From assembly GCA_002189035.1 (NCBI GenBank), contig NEEC01000075.1, positions 1 through 34,229 of the forward strand: DNA of 34,229 nucleotides, in the 5' to 3' direction. The translations under genes and the position numbers were made by a program. Position 1 is the stretch's first letter, and each line of letters opens with the position of its first letter. Below the pieces are notes generated by a model. The model was not told the DNA's origin, did not search any database, and saw only the letters and a program-made list of their open reading frames with translations. Shown here piece by piece: positions 25,762 through 34,229 of the stretch. Source of the DNA: Utricularia gibba. Taxonomy: Eukaryota > Plantae > Magnoliophyta.

Positions 25762-26239
25762 TGGCACTCAAGTTTCCGCGTTGAAGTTGGGCAAAGACAG
25801 AGGGGATATGTATAGGGGAAAAAACGTGCGGTGGCTGGGGAACTACGCTGCGCATCTGTGTGCGCGCCGGCGACGTGGCTGTACATGTGGAGAGAAAAGA
25901 GACATGAGAGAGAAGAAAAAAAGGTGATGGCTTACCTAAACCCCCAAAGATCAACCGGTACTTAGTGGGAAAAGGATAAGGGATGCAATATAATAATAAA
26001 ACAAATACAAATTATCTCCAGAATAAATGAATTTAAAACAAATAGGATATGCTTTGTTTTCTTACCCGTTTTCTAGGGATGACACGGCCCAGACGCCTCC
26101 ACGTGGAGATACAACGACACTAAGAAAAGCGCGCCAACGCCACCTAATTTGCACCCCAAGCCAACGCTGCTGCAGGGCCACTCTCGGTCTGTGCAGGCTT
26201 GATTCCCATTCCCATGCATTGCATCCCAAAACTTCCTAC

Positions 26240-28205
26240 CGGTTTCAAGAGGTGATTTAGTCCCTCTGCGTCAAGCTTGGTTGAGCAGAGAGTTGTGCTC
26301 GGGAGCTCTGTGGAAGTGGAGGGTGCAGCCACTGAGGTCCCTTTTCATTGATTGGTGCTTACGAGCATGAAGCAGAGTACCCTAGAATTCAATCATCTGA
26401 ACAGTTCTTGGCCAAGGAGACAAAATTGGTTCCACTTGGAACCACCCTCTCAGGCATCCCACTAGCTGCATATCCTGGGTGATGGTTTTACAACTGGAAG
26501 CAGGAGCTTCGCTAGGTCTTGTGGGGAGTTCATTTTGCTTGAGCTTGTGTTTGTCCCCAGGGGGTAGTTCTTCGCTGCAATCCACTCACTGGGCACAGCA
26601 CCTTCGGGGGGCAGCCGAAGGGGGCATTGGGGGGAGCCTTCGCTGGAGTTAATCCTACTTTCGCCATAGCTTCGGTTATTTAACACGGAAACGAACTTGA
26701 AATCAGTCTTACGGAACTTTTGAGATGATCCATACAAGATCTTCGACGTTTGTTTTGAGGAGACAACTCAGAGCTGGCAACTGCTGATGCCAGGAATGGT
26801 TTCTGGAAACAAGTCCTATACTCACAAATGATCATTAACCATCCAAAACGTTAACCAAAAGGGTATCCAGAGAGCTACACAAGACTTGAGAAATACAGGG
26901 AAGTTTTACCTGATGCGAAAATAAACAGCTGGCGCCTCCTTTCATGCAAGAGTTGCGAGCAAAATGGCAATACGCCTTCAAGATCTCACCGAGGATAAAA
27001 AAATGAGAATTCTTTTCCTTATCTCGGCACCGTAAATGAATGTATCTAACACATGCCTTCAAAATGAGTCAATGGTTGAACATCTTAAATTTGGTCAATG
27101 GAGCAGTGTCATGAGAGATGTTGCAGTTTTCGCATTGTAAAAACAAGCACGCGGTATCTAACACGGCTTAGAGAACCATTACAGGCAACAGAAAATAGAT
27201 TTTAGCATTGAAAAGTTTCGAAAAACCTCAGAGCATCTTCTTTTAAGATAATGATGGCTTTTTGCCTTTGTCTTCACAGCTGGTAACAACTTCAATCTTG
27301 ACGCCAGATTCCCTGTTCTTTTCTACTCGTTTCATTCTTTCCCTTTTCTAATGAAGAAGGAAAAAGTGGTATATGAAATAATTAAGTAATTAATTGAGTA
27401 TAAACGGTTAGCATTTCTTTATGTCTTCAGTTTTTGTTACATGGTCTTATTTTCTACATGCATACCTTTTTCCTAGGCTTTTGCTTTAAAGAAGGGAACT
27501 ATCTTTTCTTTTTTCTCAACTTGCTCTCCTGTGGGGATTTTCACATCAGATTCCAACAGTTCAGTTGCGGTACGTAGTTAAAATTCACCTCAAAGTCTAA
27601 AATTTTCAGTATAACAAAAGGTGGCTGTATAAGAATGTACCTGGTTGCCCAAGATACTATTACTCAAGGCAGTCGAAGACAGAAGTTGCTTCTCCGAACT
27701 TCACTTCTGAAATTTCCATTCTTACAGCCAACGCCTTCTTGATCATGCAGTAACACATCTTTTTCATCCTCCATCTCTTGATCATTTCACATACCATTAA
27801 AATATTCCACTGAAGCAGGTAACCTTTTTCCAGGCCTCTCCCTTACCAAAGGCAAGTCATCAAATAATGAATCCATGGTGCTGTCGTATCCCACTATCCC
27901 CAGATATTCCACCTTCTTCAATTTCTACATTAGAATTTGGGTGGCTTGAAGATGGTGGTTCACTTGAACTGCATATGAGCTTCTCCAGTTCCTTCTCCTA
28001 CATCCCCAATTCATGCTGAACCCCATTATACATGTTCTCTGTCATATAACCTACTTTTTGACGATTTAAAACCATATCTATATCCATACAACGAGAGAAG
28101 AACTTCAGAAAATCATCAATAAAAGTGCCAACTCATCCATCCGAATATCAAGAATACTGCAAACGTTTATTTGGCGCAGCTTCATCAGTATTTCCACTTA
28201 GCAAG
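26240..28205 (-). pseudogene. Decayed CCCH zinc-finger gene (EMB1789/C3H65-like)
   Basis: Remnants on the minus strand: KELEKL..VEIEEGGISGD (about 27990-27900), exon 27347-27227 KRERMKRVEKNRESGVK/LKLLP/HHYLK/RRCSE, exon about 27058-26910 CHFARNSCMKG-ASCLFSH, and PSGTNFVSLAK near 26420-26450. In-frame TAG stops at 27998-28000 and 27473-27475 plus frameshifts. Family call is from memory; the left boundary is approximate. Confidence 0.6.
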
Positions 28206-28674
28206 TGTTACAGCGTAACTATACTCCAACTAATTTTCAAGAAGAGAAGGGTGTTCGAGGAGATGAAGAGGTAAGGTAGGAGAGGAGATGATACCATTTG
28301 TGTGATATCGACTACGCGCAACAAGGAGATAGAACAGAATGGAAAAAAGACATTCATTACATAGTCATCGCAAATCATCCAAAAACTACATATTTGTAGA
28401 GAATAACCGGTCGTCTACAAAAGTGATATGCTTGAAATCTAATGATGTGATCTACTTGGAGATCTAATGATGGCTATACTAGTTACTAACAACTTGATTT
28501 AATAATGAGTCCCCACTTTCAATTTTAGAACGTTGCCTATGGTGGCTTTTCATGAATTTCCTGACTGTTGAGCTAATTCAACTGAATTAACAAGTATATC
28601 TCCTCTTTGGTCGGGTTTGTCTTCTTTGCGTTTCTTCGATGTAACTGCACACTGAAAAATCTATTTTTGTTACA
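28206..28674 (-). mobile_element. Probable 3' LTR of the Ty3/gypsy element
   Basis: Begins TGTAAC immediately after the integrase/chromodomain tail (PWGQG). Ends ...GCTGTAACA at 28206 (or GTTACG at 28214) after a CT-rich U5-like stretch. The PPT is degenerate and no second LTR is present in the window to confirm the ends. Confidence 0.55.
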
Positions 28675-30656
28675 TTATCCTGCGGATCGAGAGAGCCTTG
28701 ACCCCAAGGCTCAAAGTCAGGAAAATGACGTCGAAGCCAAGAAGCATCTTCCCAAGTGGCGTGTGCTGGGTGCGCATCAGCCCACTAGATAAGTAATTGA
28801 AGGCAGGGGAGACAATTGCGAGAAATGAGACGACGATTCAAGATACGAGAGGGGTGAGGATGGGTTTTCCGTCATTAGAATACTGGGGTAAGTTAGGAGT
28901 GGGGAGAGTTTGGGGCTGATACATTTTTTGAGAAGGGACACATGAAAAACTGGGTGGATTTTGGAGTCAGCCGGTAAATCTAATCGATATGCAACTGTGC
29001 CAATTTTTTCCAGAATGGGATAGGGGCCAAAATAGCGGCAGGAAAGTTTCAGATTTCGGCGAATGGCAACCGAGGTTTGACGATAGGGTTGGAGCTTCAG
29101 ATATACTAAGTCACCAGGTTGGAAAAGGCGTTCAGAACGATGTTGATCAGCATAAGTTTTCATGCGATTTTGGGCTTGCTGTAAGTTGCCTTTGAGTAAC
29201 TGGAGCATTTGTAAGCGATATTGAAGGGAGGGGATGGGTTCATTGAGAGAGGAAGGGGGTGGGGTGCCAGGAAGGTGGGAAGGGGTATACCCATATAGAG
29301 CCTCAAAGGGGTCATTTTCAAGCTGGTGTGATAAGAGGTATTGTACCAATATTCAGCCATGGCAAGCCAAGAAGTCCATTTTTTGGGTTGGTGGTGGCAT
29401 ACAGCACGAAGGTATGTCTCCAAACATTGGTTCACCCGTTCAGTCTGCCCATCAGATTGAGGGTGATATGAAGTAGAGAGGTTTAATTGGATATCAAGGC
29501 GCTTACAAAGGAGGGACCAGAAATGACTGGTGAACAGTTTATCTCGATCGGAGATAATATTAGTGGGTAGCCCATGGAGTTTATAGATGTTGTCCAGAAA
29601 GATCTCGGAGACCATTTCCGCAGAGAATGGGTGAGCTAAGGGGAAAAAGTGTGCATACTTCATTAAGCGGTCCACCACCACAAAAATCACCGTTTTTCCA
29701 TGAGAAATAGGTAAACCTTCAATGAAATCCATACTAATCGAACTCCATTGTTTCTCAAGAATAGGAAGAGGTTGGAGCAAACCGGGAGATGCTGATCTAT
29801 CAAAATGAATTTGACGACAGGTCCCACATTCTTGAACCCATTGTTCAATATGTTTATGCATATTCTTCCAATAAAAATACCTTTTCAGGCGTTGGTAGGT
29901 GGTGTGGGCACCCGAGTGGCCCCCAATGGCAGAAGAGTGAAGGGCCAAGAAAAATTTGCCTTGAAGGTCTTTATCAGCGCCAATGCACCATCGGCCCTTA
30001 TATTTGAGTAGGTCATTGTGGAGTTGAAATTTGGGAAAAGATGAGGGGTCCGCTAATTTACTAATATAAATGTCATGAAGATAAGGATTTTGTTTATAAC
30101 TGTGTTGTATCTCCAGGAGCCATTCCGGTTGTAAGGAAGAAAGGATAAAGAGATGTGCTGTGCATGAGAGAGCATCTGCTGCCAAATTCTCACAGCCATG
30201 TTTGTAGTGAATGTCAAAATCATATCCAATTAATTTTGACATCCATTTCTGTTGAAAAAGAGTGCCTAAACCTTGCTCCTTCAAGAATCGCAAGCTTTGA
30301 TGGTCTGTTTTGACAGTGAAATGGCCGCTCATCAAATAGTGTTTCCAATAAAGAATAGCTTGTACCACTGTAATTAATTCCTTTTCATATATAGATTTTC
30401 CCAAAAATTTGTCACCCAGAGCCTTTGAAAAATAAGCAATAGGATGTCCGTCTTGAGTAAGAACTGCGCCAATCCCAGGGTCACATGCGTCAGTTTCCAC
30501 AATAAATGGCTTCTGGAAGTTGGGGAGAGATAATACCGGGGCAGAAGAGACCACTTGTTTTAATAAGTGAAGTGTGTGAGTCACATCATCGTTTCAACCG
30601 AAATTATATTTCTTCAATAATTGGGTGAGAGGACGACTAATCAGCCCATAACCATG
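28675..30656 (-). mobile_element. Ty3/gypsy chromovirus pol fragment (RT end, RNase H, integrase, chromodomain), 5'-truncated and degenerate
   Basis: [15 protein letters not shown] (RT end), VETDACDPGIGAVL and YEKEL (RNase H), H-H-C-C zinc finger, SMDFIEG/SDRD/QTER (DDE), [10 protein letters not shown], then LI*W..ATWED..FPDF..PWGQG (chromodomain). Stop near 30600, frameshift near 29250 and stop in the chromodomain. Confidence 0.95.
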
Positions 30657-31051
30657 TATAAAACGTCTATAATAGCCAGTTATTATACATAAAATATGAA
30701 ATATTTTAATTTAAATATGAAATATATATCAATATATTTCATGTTTCTATATTTTTATCCGTGTATTAACATATTAAAAAACAATAATAAATATAGCATT
30801 ATTTTGAATTTAAATTGTATAATAAAAAATTAATAAAATTAATAATATTATTTATTCTAGTATTCATTTTCTTATCCATTCTTATCTTGTTTATTTATAT
30901 TATTACAGATACAACCAAATTTTCCACATTATTAAAAAAAGTTTATTACAAAAATTAATATGCTAGGAGTTCACGTGGAACACGACTGAATGAGAAATTG
31001 TAGTTGCACTCTGGTTCTATTTAAACTAGCGTCGCCATGTTGCACTCATCA

Positions 31052-31159
31052 ATGGCTCCGACGCCAGCAATGATGATCCCTCAAAGTACTGTTTTGATAT
31101 TCAATTCTGGGCTTCCGTGGAGTCCAATTCCCATTGAGCCGCCCAGGCGCTTCATATGA
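31052..31159 (+). other. Candidate upstream ORF (35 aa; 40 aa from ATG 31037) before the phosphodiesterase
   Basis: MAPTPAMMIPQSTVLIFNSGLPWSPIPIEPPRRFI*, downstream of a G-box CACGTG (30972) and a TATA-like CTATTTAAA (about 31017). Translation is not demonstrated. Confidence 0.35.
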
Positions 31160-31219
31160 TATTTCAGATTTTGGATCTGCTTCTGGGTTCATTTGATCAG
31201 CTGTCTCTGAGCATCGACT

Positions 31220-32638
31220 ATGGATCCAAAATTCAGGAAAGGTGATTCCCAGTTCATGGTTTCGTCGTCCTCTGAGCTTTTGCAGCGAAGCTGCAACAAC
31301 CCATTTTCTAAATGTAAGATTTTTGTCATCTCTCACCTACGATTAATTTTCATTCCGCTGCTTGTAGCTCTTGCCCTCGCCGTTTTGTTCTTCTCCACTC
31401 ATCCTGCTGCTTCAAATGTCATGGGTACTTCCAATTATCAATTCGCAAGACCCCTCTCAAAGCTGAGAAAACCCGTTGTTATACTCATCTCAAGTGATGG
31501 TTTTCGATTTGGTTATCAATACAAAACCGATACCCCAAACATCGATGAACTGATTCGAAACGGGGTTGAAGCGGATCTGGGGTTGATTCCTTCTTTCCCG
31601 ACGATTACTTTCCCCAATCATTACACCATCGCTACCGGGTTGTACCCCCCATACCATGGAATTATCATGAACCGTTTCACTGACCCGGTATCTGGGGACC
31701 TCTTCACCATGGCTAATCATGACCCCAAATGGTGGCTTGGTGAACCAGTATGGGAAACAGTAGTGAAGCTTGGTTTGAAAGCTGCGGTTTACTTTTGGCC
31801 CGGTTCTGAGGTCAAGAAAGGTGCTTGGGATTGCCCCAAAACCTTCTGTCCACCTTATAATGGCTCTGTTCCTTTTGAAGAGAGAGTGGATACTGTTTTG
31901 AGCTATTTTGATTTGCCCATTGATGATATCCCTTCTTTCGTTGCTTTATACTTTGAGGATCCTGATGCTCAAGGACACGAAGTTGGACCAGATGATCCTC
32001 GGATCACAGAAGCGGTTGCTAGAATTGATAGAACTATTGGAAGATTGATTGATGGATTAAAACAGAGAAGTTTGTTTGAAGATGTTCACATCATTCTTGT
32101 TGCTGATCATGGAATGGTGGGAACATGTGATGAAAAGCTCATCTTCCTAGATGATCTAGCTGAGTGGATTGAAATCCCACCTCAATGGGTTCAATCTTAC
32201 TCACCCTTGCTAGCAATCACACCAGACTCAAATGTTTCTGCTAAAGATGTGGTGGAGAAGATGAACCAGGGATTAGCATCAGCCAGAGTGAAGAATGGGG
32301 AGTACTTGAAGGTTTATCTCAAGGAAGATTTACCTCTTCGGCTCCATTACTCAGACAGTTATCGAATCCCACCGATTATCGGTTTGCCTGAAGAAGGCTT
32401 CACGATTCAGCAAACACCATCGACTGCACAGCAGTGTGGAGGTGCCCATGGGTATGATAACAAATTTTTCTCAATGAGGGCAATTTTCTTTGCACATGGG
32501 CCGAGGTTTCCCAGGGGAAGAAAAGTTCCTTCCTTCGCAAATGTCGAGATATATAATCTGGTTACCGCCATTCTCAACATCAGCGGAGCTCCGAACAACG
32601 GCACGGAGTCTTTCGCGGACGGCATTCTCCTGACTTGA
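31220..32638 (+). CDS. Nucleotide pyrophosphatase/phosphodiesterase (type I phosphodiesterase, alkaline-phosphatase superfamily), 472 aa
   Basis: Intact intronless ORF with an N-terminal membrane anchor. Motifs SSDGFRFGY, catalytic FPTITFPNHYTIATGLYP, DPDAQGH, ADHGM and GAHGYDN. Confidence 0.95.
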   Translation: MDPKFRKGDSQFMVSSSSELLQRSCNNPFSKCKIFVISHLRLIFIPLLVALALAVLFFSTHPAASNVMGTSNYQFARPLSKLRKPVVILISSDGFRFGYQYKTDTPNIDELIRNGVEADLGLIPSFPTITFPNHYTIATGLYPPYHGIIMNRFTDPVSGDLFTMANHDPKWWLGEPVWETVVKLGLKAAVYFWPGSEVKKGAWDCPKTFCPPYNGSVPFEERVDTVLSYFDLPIDDIPSFVALYFEDPDAQGHEVGPDDPRITEAVARIDRTIGRLIDGLKQRSLFEDVHIILVADHGMVGTCDEKLIFLDDLAEWIEIPPQWVQSYSPLLAITPDSNVSAKDVVEKMNQGLASARVKNGEYLKVYLKEDLPLRLHYSDSYRIPPIIGLPEEGFTIQQTPSTAQQCGGAHGYDNKFFSMRAIFFAHGPRFPRGRKVPSFANVEIYNLVTAILNISGAPNNGTESFADGILLT

Positions 32639-33707
32639 AGCCTGAAAATGAGTTTGCAGAAGGTTCATTTGGATGGGTTTGGACTTGTAACAAAATAACG
32701 CCATAGAATTGTAAGGTCATTCCCAATCCTTTCTCTATTAATAAATAATGGTTTTTTGGTATACTTCCCATTATTCCTGATATATTTAATAAAAAATTGA
32801 AATTTATAATGTAGTAGTTTAATTAAAAAACACCATATTGGGTCCAAGATGAATTGTTCATCTCTATAAATCATTTTAGAATCACCTGTCACATGCATTG
32901 ATTGGCAATTAAGAGTATCATAGTAAATTGTATACTAACAATTTATTTACAAAGTAACAAGATATCAATGGGGTGGTACATAAGACAAGATTTTTGTATT
33001 CACCCATAGGTAAATTTTGAAATGTTCAAACTAGTACACTCCATATGGCAGTGGAACTTATTTTAGACAGAAAACATAAATTAAACTGGTATACAAACAT
33101 TATTCATATATTAGGGATATAAAAACTTACATTAGAGTATAAACTTACATAAGTATCAAACGTCTTTTACCTGGCAATTGTATGATTTGTAGACGATTCA
33201 TTCTCACTCATGTTTTAACCTGCGCTTAGCTCATCATAATGAAAACTTTTCTTTTTTTGTGGCATAATCCACTACAATTCCTTCGTCGAAACTTATTTTA
33301 TTTCTCATGATGTTATTGTACATATCGATTTTCTGATTTATTTCATCTCTAAAACCTCTTGATTTTAAGATCAAAGATTATAATCCAATTAATTATCGAC
33401 ATCTCTACATAAAATAAGAAAATTTTGAAGGTAAAAATGTAGAGAATATGGTTTAATGAAAATTTGTCTTTATTTTATATTAAATAATACAAGGTAAGTA
33501 TATTAATTAAAATAATATTAAAATGTAAATTTATATTTCACGAATTTTTAGGAAATTCGATATTATGTGATAGGCCCATGGTGGGAGGTGAATCTATTTT
33601 TTAGCAGAAGTTGGAGCATTACTGGTGGTGGTGTACTGGATAACGGCCGGAGGAAGAAATAAAATGAACTCGGAAACCATGAAAATGGCTTCAATCCTGC
33701 ATTCCGC

Positions 33708-34229
33708 ATGCATCCAGATCCTTCTAATCTGAAGGTTTCTACTCTGAATTCTCGCGTCTTTACCTGCCGCAAGATTGAGCCACGCAGATTTGTTCTTCAA
33801 TGTAGTCACCACGTTTTCTCTGGCGGTATGCACTAGCTTCCTTTTTTATTTTTTATTTTTTTGAATTAATGCGAAAAAGGATCACTTCTGAACTCGTTTG
33901 AGCCATTCTTATTGATTGCGGGTCACTTTTGGTTCTATTTAGATGGGTGTTCTTGCGGAAGGAATTACTGTGATTCGGCGGCTTCGAGGCTAATATTCGG
34001 CACCGGGTTCAAAAGGAGATGCGCTATTGTTTATTCTGAGCAAAAGCAACAAGGTTCAACATCAAGTATGTAGCCTTATTTAATGTTTTTTAATGAATTG
34101 CTATCTATGAAGAACAAATCGCCAGTAGCTTATGTACATATTGCACTGCAAAGACGGATGTGTGGTGTAAAGTTAGATGTATAATGTAATTTGATTGGTG
34201 TGAATGTCAAAAATGATTGCAGGTGAAGC
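33708..34229 (+). CDS. 5' part of an unidentified gene, probably organelle-targeted (runs off the window end)
   Basis: Exons 33708-33825, 33943-34065 and 34223-end join in frame via GT-AG. The N-terminus is rich in Ser/Arg/Cys and poor in acidic residues (transit-peptide-like). The start may be ATG 33685 (MASI) if one base is missing. Confidence 0.5.

Noticed and set aside
29234-30011. Plus-strand ORFs inside the retroelement
   Set aside because: Antisense shadows of the integrase coding sequence.

Overview
Gene-dense eudicot plant genomic DNA (about 13 loci in 34 kb, mostly short GT-AG introns). In order: EFL1/RIA1-type GTPase (+, intronless CDS with 7 frameshifts at short base runs), UBP3/4-type ubiquitin protease (+), CDKC kinase (+), RABH1/Rab6 (-), PPR5-like plastid PPR (+), two tandem RING-H2 E3 genes (-), an uncharacterised D-box/CxCxxC protein (+), HCC2-type SCO protein (-), class A heat-shock factor (-), a decayed CCCH zinc-finger gene (-) truncated by the 3' half of a chromodomain Ty3/gypsy element, a nucleotide pyrophosphatase/phosphodiesterase (+) and the start of a probable organelle-targeted gene. 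I found no tRNA, rRNA or CRISPR features. The most striking unexplained structure is the EFL1 leader (about 19-395), which is a decayed copy of the 5' UTR, exon 1 and intron-1 start of the downstream UBP gene, suggesting promoter/leader capture. Gene identities come from recalled protein motifs; no database search was run. Splice sites were placed by hand.
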